Shown here: piece by piece, positions 1 through 12,206 of the stretch
Position numbering within the stretch: position 1 is the stretch's first letter
How the letters are laid out: each line of letters starts with the position of its first letter
Assembly: GCA_035084275.1 (NCBI GenBank)
Contig: CM068769.1
Location: forward strand, 1,922,001 to 1,986,000
Direction: 5' to 3'
DNA from: Hydrolagus colliei
Taxonomy: Eukaryota
DNA length: 64,000 nucleotides
Program-made: the position numbers and the translations under genes
The notes under the pieces: generated by a model
Databases searched by the model: none
What the model was told of the DNA's origin: nothing
What the model saw: only the letters and a program-made list of their open reading frames with translations

Positions 1-419
1 AATTTACGTTCTCTCTTTGCCGATTTTCCGATGGGTATCAACATGCGTTTACTGTGCACTTTGATTCCAGCCGTTCAGTGACCCATTTATAAGTAAACTG
101 TGTGAATCACTATTCCATGCTTCGTAAGAAGGGTATTCTCAATCTCATATGTTTAACAGAAGACAGAAGGGTGAACCTCAATGTGTTTACGAGTAAAATT
201 CTTGTTACAGCATTAGTTACAACCAGTCTTGGAGCGATGCATGTGCTTTCACACTGTGAATAAAAGTGGACGCTAAGCATTGCAAATTTCCGACTATATC
301 CATCTCGCTTGCCAGCCCGCACCACCCTCCCCCCCCCCCCCCCACCCACCAATTACCTCTCTTCACATTCACCCTAAAAATTTACTAAGCACAAATTGTG
401 AGATCGATTTGCAGAACAT

Positions 420-1060
420 TTTCATCTGATCGGACGGTCAACCCTGATCTTCCAGTCTACCTCCATTTCAGCATTCAGATGCTGATTTTTTGAACCATGG
501 GCCCTGCGATGTTCAAGTAACGCATAACGGAAGCTTGAGGAACAGCACCTCAACTATCTACTTGGGACACTGCAGCCGTCTGTCCTTAACACTGCGTTCA
601 GCCATTTCAGTGCGTAAGAGTTTACCCGCACACCACACACAAATCCTCACACGATCACAATCATAACTCCAGACACCCATTGAATCTATGTTGTTTTGTT
701 TGTTCTATCACGATTAACAACTCTTCTCCCCAGTTTCGTTTAAACCCACCCCCTTCTGTTTCTCCCCTTGAAGTCCTTAACACATATTCAACACGTCAGT
801 TAACACACTGTTTTTTTCATTTTCCTTTGTCTGCTTTGTCTCGTTTGTCTTTCATGCCTTGCCTCTCAATCTTTAACGTCGTTAAGAATCCCCTCCGCCC
901 ATACAAGTCCCAGTACTGACAACTTGTTGTGCACTCGAAACGTTGACTATTTTTCCTTTCTACATTGATGCTGCCTGACCTGCTTAATTTCCCCAGCTAC
1001 TTTAGTTTTTGTTTCAGATTCCCAGTTTCTGTAGTATTTTGTTTTTTGTTCATGTTATTT
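420..1060 (+). mobile_element. Penelope-like retroelement 3' remnant (GIY-YIG C-terminus plus terminal repeat-like tail)
   Basis: Degraded translation RKLEEQHLNYLLGTLQPSVLNTAF near 530-600 resembles the C-terminus of Penelope GIY-YIG proteins; the 935-1050 motif gaaacgttgac...gatgctgcctgacctgct...ttcagattcccag resembles common chondrichthyan Penelope-type tails (recognised from memory). Confidence 0.45.
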
Positions 1061-1546
1061 GCAGCCCGTGGAATAGGTGTCATTATTGCACAATCTGCTG
1101 GTGAGCAGGAATAACATCACCGGTACAATTGGATACATGTGATCGCGAATTGTTTTTCGGCGTGTCTTCACTTCCCTGATCCTACCACCTGCAAGTTTAT
1201 ACATTGATCTCATTTCTCTCCTCATTCCTCAGGTTGGAGGGAAATTCGACTCCAATCCGATTTGCACTGCTGGGCGTTTCGTTGACATAAATACTTTTAA
1301 TTCACTTTATAGTGTATTTTGTGAAGCAAGTTCATACGTCTAGAATACATGAAAAGCGATATATCAAAGGCGAGGATTATTATTAATTACATTCCGTATC
1401 TTTTATCTGCTGATACATAATCCCCCAAATCAATTTGTTTCGCTAGAACTTTCCATTATTCTTTCTTGTCAACACCAATTCGCTCTGAAAATGTTCAACT
1501 CTCTTGTTAAATCCTTCCGCCTTGCCCCGATTTACACCGTATCATG

Positions 1547-1660
1547 TGGCCTACTGTAGTTCAATGGTTAGAACGCTTGCCTTATAGCTTGAGCCCTTTG
1601 TTTCGAAGCCAGGTAGTACAGGGCGAAACCTTGGGCAAGTTTTCTTAACTACATGCCTTC
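1547..1660 (+). mobile_element. tRNA-derived SINE head
   Basis: A/B-box-like tggcctactgtagttcaatggttaga...gtttcgaagcc followed by the gggcgaaaccttgggcaagttt motif shared with other SINE copies in the window. Confidence 0.6.
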
Positions 1661-2122
1661 TAATAATCCGTCTCCAAATTCCGATTTTAGCAAGACCTTT
1701 TAAAGTTATATAAGTCAAAATAATATATACTTAGCAACACTAATCCTTACGTTTGACAATACGCTGTATCAAATCTTCGAGATGCAACAAAGCAATTTGC
1801 AGCATGTATTTCAAACGATTTAACTGCACATATTGTGGAGGAAGCACTGCAGCTGTTTGCTCGCAGCAGTCATCCATTGGAAAGAATGTTCAATTTATTA
1901 TTGGTGGTATTTGTAGTATTATTTAGAAGGAAGTTATGCCCCTGGAAAAATGATTCACTGATCAACTATCTACGGTTTCCTAGTTATTGTTGAGAAAACC
2001 GATTCACGTGTGTGCAGTCAAGAACTTTGCTCAACATTTTGCATTGTCGGGAATCGAACCCATTTGTATCTCACTTGTGAGGCGAGTGCTCTCTCTGCCG
2101 AGCTACAGGACTCCACATGATA

Positions 2123-2161
2123 GTTTTTTGTAGGGCGGAACCGCTGATCTTTGTCTTTGTG
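2123..2161 (-). other. 23-RSS of V1 (non-consensus heptamer)
   Basis: CACAAAG + 23 nt + ACAAAAAAC. Confidence 0.85.
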
Positions 2162-2474
2162 GGGCTCAGTGCACAGACATACACCGCCGTGTCTGTAACT
2201 CTTACTTGGGATATATTTATTGGAACGGTTCGCTCCGCCTTATCCAAATTTGTTGAGAAACATTCTTTTGCAAATTCTGCACGAATCTCCTTGTTGGTGC
2301 TGGTGTATAGCATCAGGATATATTCTGGACCTGCGTTGGGAAAGTGACGGTACCAGAATATATATGAAGTGCTGTCGCTTGTTGCTGTATAATTACACAG
2401 CATATAGGCATATTCCCCCTCATTCACTGTCACAGTAGATTGGAGCTGTGTCACAGAGTCTCCTCCACAAAACC
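2162..2474 (-). CDS. TRAV: TCR alpha/delta V exon V1 (family A); open frame, functionality doubtful
   Basis: DSVTQ...MLC23NY...FW41YRHF...DTAVYVC104ALSP, phase-1 acceptor ttccag at 2475-2476, RSS follows; extra Cys in FR3 (AKECF). Confidence 0.9.
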
Positions 2475-2793
2475 CTGGAAACCAGAAATATATCATCATT
2501 CAATACAACAACAAGAATTCTAATCACCCTATTTTACTTCATATGGCTCAAGTCTTTACTACGTCTCCAAATTTAAAGAATACGAGTTACAAAAGAAAAG
2601 TGTCATGTAAATGTTGACAAACTGGACAAACATGTCGCGATGTCCTCTCAGGGAATGGAAGAAAAATCCCTATGAACTCTGAACCAATGGACACCACGAC
2701 TCTAAAATCTCTTGTTGGAGTATTAGTTATCTTGTGCAATAAAACTTAGCCATTCGATAATATATTCGGGAAGAATACTTGTACAATGTTTAT

Positions 2794-2839
2794 CTGAAAA
2801 TGTAACGATGGCTGCTGCCACATATATATACATTGTCAT
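2794..2839 (-). CDS. Leader exon of V1 with mutated splice donor
   Basis: MTMYIYVAAAIVTFS+G, homologous to the V5 and V8 leaders, but the donor reads G|ATAAAC instead of G|GTAAGC. Confidence 0.8.
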
Positions 2840-4469
2840 ATGTGTTTAACGGCACGGTTTGCAGGGAGAGCGTTGATAGTGTAGTTGCAGAATGTTGTCT
2901 GCGAGGTAGTAAGATACCGTGAGGAAGGCTGTACAGTGAGTGACATGCAGAAGTTGCCAAAAACTGTGAGGGTGCAGGTCTGAGGTTCAGTTATAACAAC
3001 GTTTGTTTAAGTCACTCAGCGACATTTGCTCCGCTCTGCTCTCTCGCTCCTCCATTGTTTCTCCATCAACCCTGACAAGTCTTTGATCAACCAGATGCCT
3101 CAAACATGCAGCAAGTTCCACCCAAAATCCAATTTTAATTCGTCCAAACACGTACATGATATTAACTTATCTGTTATATCTGTGGATTTCTGTAGCTTAA
3201 TGGTATCAAATCTCACCACCACCACAACAACAACAACAACTTCGATTTATGTAGCGCCCTCCACGCCGCACGGCGTCTTAGTGCGCTTCATATTACCTCA
3301 CAAGCAACGTGCCTGTGCTGGTCCGGGTGGGGCGAAATGTTGGATATGTTTCCTTACTCTAACAGCCCACTTCTGTTTACCCACTAATAAGCAGCAGTTC
3401 ATTTATACATCAATTTATCTAGTTGGTTTCCAATGTTAATAATGCCTTATAGAATATGTAACTGAATCCACCAGTGTTTGCATGACATTCCTGTGCACAA
3501 TTGTCTGCCTTGGTTCGCCTACAAATCGCCATGTCACCACATTTTACAGTGTTGTCTATCGGGCGATTAGTGACGTCACGGCAGGCCGAGGTATTCAGTG
3601 GAAGCCACTGAGTATGTATACAGGGCTAGACAATGGCCTAATGTTTGTTGGCTTCACATTCCCTGGGGAAGCCCGCAACTGGGTAACGAAGAGAAACCAG
3701 CCATTTAGAGGGTTTCAAAGCTAAAGAGGTGGAACCCACGTGGCGTCAGCAGTTTCTCAGATGTCTCTGCCCCTGTTGGTTGAAGGTTTCCTTCATGCCT
3801 CGTTTCCGCTCCAGGCTTCTGCGTTACAGCACTTTGGGCAATAATGACAAATTGTTTCCTGTACAACTCTCATTTCTCATGCATGCAAGATCTGTGCTGT
3901 GCATTTTATTTTAATGAACTCGGCTTCATATACAAACAAGCAAATATGTAAACTGTGTGTCTGAAACATTGGGAAATCCATCGAATTATTTGGCAGATTC
4001 AACATGAAGCTTCAAGTCAGAATAATCCTTCATTTTGATAAGGCACCATACCAATTCTTCAAAACTTCTCTAAACGCTTCACGTGATATATTGTAAAGTG
4101 TAGCATTGGTGTACTTTGTGGCAGAAAACTACACACATCATTGTCCCACAAAAAATTATGGAGGCAACAATTTTTGTTTCATGGATTATTACACGCTGGA
4201 AGGCTCTCCACCAAAAGACCGTCACCCGGGATCCAACTTACTGCTCGGCAGAGAAAGTTTAATAATAATAATACTTGCATTTGATAGAACACCTTATGAA
4301 GTCTATGAGATATTACAAATTGCTTTACTTGTTATACATTTCAGTGAGGTAACTGTATATGTTACTGGCTGTACGTGACAGACAATTGCACACAGCAGTG
4401 TTCCACAAACGCTCATGGATCTAAATGGCCAGTGGTATATCCAGTGAGCTACAGTGAAATACAGCAGCA

Positions 4470-4508
4470 TGTTTTTGTACAGGCTCCTCTAAGGCACGCA
4501 GCACAGTG
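4470..4508 (-). other. 23-RSS of V2
   Basis: CACTGTG + 23 nt + ACAAAAACA. Confidence 0.85.
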
Positions 4509-4796
4509 CTCTCTGCTGCACAGAAGTAAGTGGCGGTGCCTGTCACTCGCAAGTCTCTGATTGTCAGTGTGTGGTTCTTCTCTTTTGTATCAGCCAAAGC
4601 ACTGATCCTCTCCTCCGCCTTTACCTGTCATTTTCCCAACACCAGTAACACAATCGAGCCGTTTCCCCACTGTTTGTATCATTGGAAGGCTGGGCTAGGC
4701 TGGGCAGAGTCGTGCTGCACGCTACATATACATTTCCATTTTCATTCTCTGTCAGTAACTGAGGTCTCTGTGACAATTCGTTTTCAGCCAAGTCAC
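4509..4796 (-). pseudogene. TRAV: TCR V pseudogene V2 (family B)
   Basis: ENELSQRP...VACST, then a frameshift, FQ*YKQ (Trp41 to TGA), a second stop, then TLTIRDLRVTGTATYFCAAE; leader homolog at 4911-4960 has ATG>AAG and donor GT>TT. Confidence 0.9.
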
Positions 4797-5323
4797 CTGG
4801 GGAATAGACATTGACATTCTCGGAAATAAATTCTGAAAAAGCTCCAACAAAACTTAGAATTATTGAACAAGATACAAGGATGTCTATTTGCAAACTCACA
4901 CTCTACTTAAAGAAGAGCGACAGCATGAAATAAAAAATAATACACGTTGCTTGGAAACTTGGCTTGAGTCTCAATCCTCGTTGACTCATGTCACAAACTC
5001 CAAATGAAATGCAAGTAGACACCAGCTTACTGCTGATAAACGTTCATGAATGATTGTCGAGTGCCGCTAGCTTTGTAGGTTATAAGGAACGAAACGTCCC
5101 TTTAAGCAGTTCTTTAGCAATAAAAATTGTTTGCATGCATCCATATCAAGTCATTTCATGGAAGCATCGCAAAGCTCCACACAGGTTTTCCTCTCGAGTG
5201 CAGGGGCTGTGTGTTTGGCAAACCTCAATCAACACCATCCTCTCTGTTTGTAATTGTTTAATCACATAAACATATTGAAAGCGCCAATTTTAATGTGTGA
5301 GAGGAAGTCATCATTATCTACTG

Positions 5324-5362
5324 AGTTTTTGTGCGGGGAATGTGCCCTTCTGTAACAGTGTG
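5324..5362 (-). other. 23-RSS of V3
   Basis: CACACTG + 23 nt + ACAAAAACT. Confidence 0.85.
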
Positions 5363-5661
5363 GGCTCCACTGCATAGAGGTACACGGCGCTGTCACTCAC
5401 ATCCACCCTGAGCATCAGCAAGTTGATTAGTTTATTCTCCGTGTTCACCTGGGCAGTGAAACGGTCAGCAATGTCAGTAGCTGTATCTACCTTTCCCGAG
5501 ACCTATATCCTGAGCAAACACTGAAGAGCTCCATCTGGATATTGCCTGCAGCAGAAGACATTTTCCATTCTAGAAACGTTTATTCTTATTGTCACGTTTT
5601 TTTGCTTCAACATCTCTTATCTCAGGAGTGTTCTGGGATATGATATCATTCGCATCGGCCA
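5363..5661 (-). pseudogene. TRAV: TCR V pseudogene V3
   Basis: DIISQNTPEIRDVE, frameshift in an A-run, C23 and W41 lost (VFCCRQYP), in-frame stop, DRFTAQVNTENK...DSAVYLYAVEP (C104 to Y). Confidence 0.85.
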
Positions 5662-6238
5662 CTGGAACAACAATACATTTTGAATTAAAAATATGAATCA
5701 ACTCAGTTCACAACGTATCTTATGAAGTACTTTTAAACACATCTAAAATTTAACTATGAAATGCGAGAGTTGCTGTTGTTACTGTAACTGTGCTGGGGAA
5801 CGCTAAACGACAAATAGTGTTTTCGTGCTGATATATTTTCTGTCTGTGTTTGTAAATGTTAGAACTGCTTATACTTCAGAAGTTGTTCCATTCAACTATT
5901 TATCTTGATTTTCTGTAGCTCCTGAAATAATTCATTCAAAGCTGCTTCCAAATTAAAAATACAAATAAATCTCTAGCGATTGTGTGTTTGCATTATCCCG
6001 TCTTGTCGCCGTCCCCAATTGCGTCATTGATGTGAAGTGAGTTTAATGTATATTCTGTTGGGGGAAACATGGCATTCAGTTGTGTATATTCGTGTCCCAC
6101 ACTCTGTTGTGGATTTATCGATCAAATTAGTATTATGTAATCATTAATATTAGAAAACGATTCGTTAATTAAATAATAACAACGACAACATTAAACCCAT
6201 GTGCGCATCATGCACTGGTCATGTCCAAACATACTTAC

Positions 6239-6284
6239 TGGTTATAGTGAGAATCGCTATCAGCATCTGGCAGTGGGCTGACAT
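6239..6284 (-). CDS. Leader exon of V3
   Basis: MSAHCQMLIAILTIT+A|GTAAGT, phase 1, 46 nt, TATAAA-like box about 45 nt upstream. Confidence 0.75.
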
Positions 6285-6489
6285 TCTGGCTGCTGAGGTG
6301 TGGACAGATAATAGAGTCTCTTCCTTTATAAATGGCTGTTTTGCTGCTTCATTTGAATGTTGTGAGGCAGTGGCGGGTCTGACATGTGCAGTGGACTATT
6401 GCATACATTTGTAGGCGTTGCACACTAACCAGCGGATGTTAAACTTGATCTACCGCAACTTCAGACGTCCTCCCGACGTGCAACCTTTG

Positions 6490-6800
6490 CTACACAGTGC
6501 TAGAGCTCTCTGCTTACAAGCGTGAGACCTGTGTCTGACTCTAGGCACATCAGGGCGAAACCTTGAGCAAGTCTCCTTACTCCACACACACGCCTCATAA
6601 TATTGCGTTCAAAAACACACAATAATAAAAATTAGTAAATTCAAGCCACGACTGTTTGTGAGGGCGATGCTAAGTGCAATTTGCTGCCACGTTTTGCCCG
6701 TAAATACACATTCAATTCCGTTGACAGTCTTTTCTTTGAAACGCTTTGAGACGTCGAGAAATTGTGAAACGTGCTATATCTAATGCAAGTCTTATTACTC
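6490..6800 (+). mobile_element. tRNA-head / Deu-domain / L2-tail SINE
   Basis: gggcgaaaccttgagcaagt head motif, central ttgctgccacgttttgcccgtaaatacac block, tail aacgctttgagacgtc...gctatatctaatgcaag. Confidence 0.7.
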
Positions 6801-8763
6801 TTAGTTACGTAACATTGTTTTTGTTGTTGCTTTATCGGTGATTGGCAGCTGGAGTATCTGGGAAATGAATGGAGTGTAGACTTGCAGCTAACCCACAAAC
6901 AAACCGATGTAGGTGAACGCAACTCACAATTGAGCCGATTTTGGTTTGATTCGCAGCCACGACGATACTTTGGGCAAATGTTCTTAATCTGCATACGCAA
7001 CTACGTGTCGCTAACAATGAGACGGATCGTGTAACTTAGTTGATTGGTAGATCACGTTGCTCTCATAATCAACCCTTTGAAGATAAATAATAATAATGAT
7101 TTTGTATTTGCTTCCCTTTCTGTTTTTGAGAACGTGTTGCGTCTGTGGTGTTTCAAGCACAAAATATACAGTCACTAATTGATGCAACAGATCGTATGTA
7201 GTACTATCAGTTGTCTAGGTGATGTGATAATACACTATATCAAAATAAAAATAGATAATTTTTTATAACTCACAAAACAGTGTATTGTGTATGCACAGTG
7301 TATGCACTTAGAAATGGGTAGAAGATTTGAAAGTGGAGTATATGAAATATATGTTTACCACATTTGTTGTGAATGCATTCAATTGCGTTATTGATGAATG
7401 CTTGAACTGTGCAGTAAACATTTCATTTGTGCCTTCAAGGCTTAACTATCTTTTTCAAAGTGGAATTTTATACAACAAAGGCAGTTATTGTTACTGGCAT
7501 TATTACTAGTATTATTATCAATCTCGTCCGTTCTTTTGTTGACAATGCATCGAAGGAAATAAGCTGTTAACTATGTTTTCTAAAATGAGATGATGTAGGC
7601 GAGAATTAAACGCTTTCCCAAATTAAACCACTAAAAAATACAGATTGCTGTTTTCGAAATCTAACACGTTTATCAAACCAATAAGATCCACGGAAGGACA
7701 GATGCTTGTTTGCGAGCAGCAGAACAATATAGAAACAATCACAGAAAAATTGCTCCTTGGTCAATCGAATTCGTTAATCAGGCATTAGTCAAACCTTTGT
7801 ACATTTCAGCTGATCCAGCGATAGTGTATAGGAGGTAAACAGTGTAAACTGTAACAGGAAGCACCTGCTGTGGCTGCCAAATCAGTTGCTACAGAAAGCA
7901 ACGTGGTAAGTTACGTCAGTTGCTGATTCTTTTCCCAGATACATCTGTTGACATCGCCATCTTTTGGTTGATTGCAGCTATATCACGTGGACTGCACAGA
8001 CAAACGATTGCAAATTGATTTCGACCCAACCTATCTTTCCTGTTCCTATCCTACCATATGGATAAGTATACCTTATTGTAATTTCCTTGCTCGATTCTCA
8101 TATTGCCTATGCTTCACTGGGAAATTCGACTGCAACCTCATTCACACTCTTGGATTCCGACGTGTCTCCGCTTCTACGTTGCACAGACTCTTTAATTTTA
8201 TTCCTGATACGTATCCCCTAATTGTTAGTTATATTTCGTATCGATGACATTAAGAATTTACGTTACAGAAACATACGATTTAATGGATATTCCTTTGTAT
8301 TACATTTATACAGCTGCCGCTCACGATGATGTTTCATGGTGATGTATTTATTGCCTTGAGGAAACGTGACAAATAATCTAGGTAAATGTTGCTCTCTTAT
8401 ATAGTGCTCTCTTCTCATTGTCCCATGGCCAAACGTTTATGGTGGTTGAAAGTTTGGTTTGCCTCGAAGCATTGATTAAGTTTGTTCCACCTGCACACTC
8501 AGCTGTAATCTGAATCGTGTCAGTCGTGTACTCCAAACACTAAGCTACAGGAGCTTATTGTAATTACATAAGAAGCGGGTTGGCACTTGCAGCAAGTGAA
8601 ACAGAGATATTTGGAGTAATGAAACTTGCAAAACGACAAACACTTGTAATTACATAGTGCCTTCTACGCATCTGAGTGAGTTTCTCCCTGAATATGAATT
8701 GAACCCAGGCCCAGCCGCTTTAGAGTTGAGTGTCCTAATCAATATGGCACATAACGCCACAAG

Positions 8764-8801
8764 GGCTTTTGTACTGATGTCTCGGGGATCCCTTCGCTGT
8801 G
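8764..8801 (-). other. RSS of V4 (22-bp spacer)
   Basis: CACAGCG + 22 nt + ACAAAAGCC. Confidence 0.8.
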
Positions 8802-9096
8802 GGCCTCAGTGCACAAACACAGGCAGCGCTGTCGCTGAACTGGAGGTTGTCGATCGTGAACTGGAAATGTGTCTTAAAGGAATCCATCAGGGCAGAGAAG
8901 CGTTACTGACTGATATCCGACCCGTAGGAATGCCTTTGGATGAGGAAAACGGGCCCATCACTGCGGCGCTGGCGGAACAGCAGCACTGAGATGCTGTCAG
9001 TAATCGTGGAGACATTACAGCTGATAGTCAGTGAGGCGCCTTCGAAACGCCAGGCCGCTTTCGGGCTCTGCCTCACCGAATCTCCATCACTGATTC
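8802..9096 (-). pseudogene. TRAV: TCR V pseudogene V4
   Basis: GDSVRQSP...LTISCNV...LLFRQ (W41 lost), in-frame stop Q*RFSA, DSAACVCALRP. Confidence 0.88.
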
Positions 9097-9189
9097 CTAC
9101 AGGAAACAATTATCTACTTCAATGTTGAAACGATCACTACTAAGTTAGAAAACAAACGCTATTGTGTGCCACATTTCATAGAATATATG

Positions 9190-9530
9190 TAGCTCCTGTA
9201 GATCAGTGGTTGAAGCACTCGCCTTACAAACGTGATACCTTTGTTCATATTCAGGCAGATTAGTGAGAAAATTTGGACGAGTTTACTTGCTCCACTAGAG
9301 CGACTAATAATAATCCATCCGAAAAAATACAATGTTGTGATGAAAACTGGTCATTTTCAATCCACAAACATTTCTTGGAATGCTGCTCTGTGCAATTGGC
9401 TGCCGTGTTTCGCCAACAAATATGCAGTCAATTCACTTGAAGGTATATTCTGTGAAGCTCTTCGAGACGCCGATAAGATGTCAAATCATATCAACGATTA
9501 TAATTACTATATACGATGACACACTTTGAG
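9190..9530 (+). mobile_element. SINE in the V4 intron
   Basis: Head agctcctgtagatcagtggttgaagc, core aattggctgccgtgtttcgccaac, tail gaagctcttcgagacg. Confidence 0.65.
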
Positions 9531-9882
9531 ACGCTATGAGAATGTCGCCACCCACGGAGATATTTTGTACTACAAGATGAAGGTCTGTAATAATGTGTCA
9601 GTCATTTGAAAATTAAATTGCATCTATCTGCAAATGAAAAACAACAATAATAATAATCCTTGAATCTGATATGGCGCTTTTTACGTTTTCTGGACGTCAC
9701 AAAGCTCTTCAAAGAATATACTGTGAAGTGAATTAACTGCAGATTTGTGGGTGAAACTTGGCAGCCAATTGTGCGTAGCAAAGTTAAAGTAAACAGGGTC
9801 AAAGGAGACTCTGTTTAGAGATGTCCCGTGGTACTAGCATTGACAGAATGGGCTGTCGGTAATGAAATTTGGATTAACTAAC

Positions 9883-9931
9883 CATATAGCGAGATTGCGA
9901 TGGCTGCGGAGAGCAAATATCCCAAATCCAT
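9883..9931 (-). CDS. Leader exon of V4
   Basis: MDLGYLLSAAIAISLY+G|GTTAGT, phase 1, 49 nt. Confidence 0.75.
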
Positions 9932-10267
9932 TACGTTCGTACAACATAAACAGCGATTATATCTCTGCTGCGCTTGACACCGTGTGACACTGAGGCCATG
10001 GATGTAGCTGAGAATCCTTTGTGATGTTGTCTCTTATCTGTGCGTCACAATCTCGTCTCTCTAGCTGCTGTGGGCGTGTGGGACTGCTCCTATCAGATTC
10101 AGGCTTAAACGTGTAAATTTGAAACTGAATATACACACCCACAAAATACACAGTCAATTCACTTTACAGTATAGTCTTTGAGACATATTAATGGTCAGGC
10201 GATTGATCAGATGGAAGCTTCGTGATAATAACGACTTATTGCCTCATCAGACGCTCCCATCTTCAGT

Positions 10268-10869
10268 TGAGAAGTCAGCTCGTCTGCCATGTACGAATAG
10301 TGGTTATTTGCTCGTCTGCTACGTTACGCATAATAGTTGCTTGCAAACCTGTACGTACGCAACGCATAATAGTTGCTTGCAAACCTGTACGTACGTTACG
10401 CATAATAGATACTTGCAAACCAGTACGTACGCTTTGATTTAACCTCTAGCCGACACCCGTGAGCCTGTTACAGAAAGATGCGAATACCAGGGGCCATAAG
10501 GGTGTCTGGCAGGCATACCAAGGCTATGATATAATTGTAAAGTTCTAGACTTGGTTATCTTATCTTGCTTCTAGGCTATCTTATTATTGAAAGCTGTAGC
10601 CGGCCTATTCCAAGGCCACGATGTTTTTGTAATACAGCTGCAAGACCATGCTGTTTGTAACCCAGCATGAGTCATGTAACTAAAAGTGTATAACTACCCA
10701 TGTAAAGGTTGCTCTAAGTGTGCACTAGTAGTAGACGGACGAGAGTCTGTAGCAACCTAGTGCACCGCTTCATGAATGCTAAATAAACTTGTTTGAAACA
10801 CACACCCGAGTCACATATTTGCGAACAGAAACCCCAACCAAGGTACTGAGACGATTTTTTAGTTTCACA
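10268..10869 (+). repeat. ERV-A 5' LTR (602 bp)
   Basis: tgagaagtc...agtttcaca; three 36-bp tandem units in U3; AATAAA near 10782. Confidence 0.95.
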
Positions 10870-10871
10870 TT

Positions 10872-10889
10872 TGGCGACGAGGATGGGAT
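10872..10889 (+). promoter_or_regulatory. PBS complementary to tRNA-Ser(GCU)
   Basis: TGGCGACGAGGATGGGAT equals the reverse complement of the 3' 18 nt of vertebrate tRNA-Ser(GCU)+CCA. Confidence 0.9.
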
Positions 10890-11311
10890 CTCGTGACGAC
10901 TAAGACAGTGCGTAGACGGCGGGACAATCCTTGGGTTTGTTTTGCCTAAGTTAAATTGCGCAGCCCAGTGAGTATATCATCTATTTTTGAATACTCTCAG
11001 TGTTTTTCACCTACGTAATAGGCTTCCGGGGATGCACCAACCGTATGCGTAACTGATAGTCGTCAATGAGATCGGGATAAGAAAAGGTTGGTGGGTGTGT
11101 ATTCAGTTAAAAACTTACTGAGGTAAGGACCGTTAACGGGATAAAAAAGGCGTACAAGCTGGGTGCAGCAGGTTCAAAACTTACTGGGGTAAGGACCGTC
11201 GACGGAATAAAAAAGGCGTACAAGCTGGGTGCAGCAGGTTCAAAAGTGCACGAGGTTTAGTTTAAAGTTTAAGGTTAATTTAGTTTAAAGTTTAAGGTTA
11301 ATTAAAAAAGT

Positions 11312-11663
11312 ATGGGTAATGTTAAATAAACAATTGGGAGAGACAGTATGGCCTCTGGGAGGCTCAAATGATGTGACAGTACTAACGAAGGTGCAAGAGT
11401 TGGTATGGAAGAAAGGTAATTATAAGCCATGTAGAAAACTGGTGAGAGTATGGTTAGAGGAAGCTATGAGAAAACAGGCAAAAGAAACGTTGTCCAGTTG
11501 GCAAAACACTGCTGAAAGACACGGTATATGTGTGACCCGCGATGGAGTGTATAAACCGCTGGACAAATTGAAGGAAGAAGTATGTAGAAAGAGAGAGAGA
11601 GAGAGGAGGCAACTAGGTTTTCATGGGGACCGGCCGAAAACACTCGGTTTCGGACGCGAGTGA
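11312..11663 (+). pseudogene. gag: gag matrix fragment, copy 1 (92-nt deletion after MGN)
   Basis: ATGGGTAAT joined out of frame to LNKQLGETVWPLGGS...; the WPxxGS motif is typical of class I matrix. Confidence 0.65.
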
Positions 11664-11872
11664 AAATGCGCCAGAAAACTGTACCCGTTCCCTCCCCTGA
11701 GGATGGTCCCAATTGTTTATTTAAAAGTAGAATAAGAACATTAAAGTTTAAGGTTGTAAGGAATAAGATTTAAAGTATAAGAATTTTTAGTTTAAAGCAT
11801 AAGGTTGTAGTTTTTGTTTAAAGCATAAGGTTGTAATTTTTTTTATTATTAAAGTATAAGAATTTAAAAAGT

Positions 11873-11983
11873 ATGGGTAATATTGTGGATAAAACTGAGT
11901 GTCCGTGTCCCCTAACGTCTATGTGTAAAGTGTTGCCAGAAAATCAGAAAGAGTTGCGATTAGCTTCGGGTCAGTTAAATAAC
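11873..11983 (+). pseudogene. gag: gag N-terminus, copy 2
   Basis: MGNIVDKTECPCPLTSMCKVLPENQKELRLASGQLN, same upstream aaaaagtatgggtaat context as copy 1. Confidence 0.6.
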
Positions 11984-12206
11984 AAAAATGGGGTGGACAG
12001 TATACACCACCAAACAGAGGAGAGTATTAGGTTGCAGTGGATAAAGAATCAATCTCTTGCTGGACAGTATACACTATTAAGGGATCCCTGTGTTTGGTAT
12101 CAAGCCCTGACGGGTTAGCCTGAATAAACAACCTGTTTTGATGAGATACGACTGTAGTGCATTTCACTCATGGTCGAATCTCTAACAATGGCGTAGTCGG
12201 CAGGAT
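11984..12206 (+). mobile_element. Internal foreign LTR 3' part plus second PBS (tRNA-Ser AGA/UGA class)
   Basis: AATAAA 12123-12128, ...cgaatctctaaca, then TGGCGTAGTCGGCAGGAT at 12189-12206; matches the LTR end and PBS of ERV-B at 24057-24090. Confidence 0.85.

Noticed and set aside
1547-1625. Possible tRNA genes (also about 51640, 63900)
   Set aside because: Degenerate A/B boxes continue into SINE body sequence; no intact cloverleaf
8657-8989. 110-aa plus-strand ORF
   Set aside because: Antisense shadow of V4
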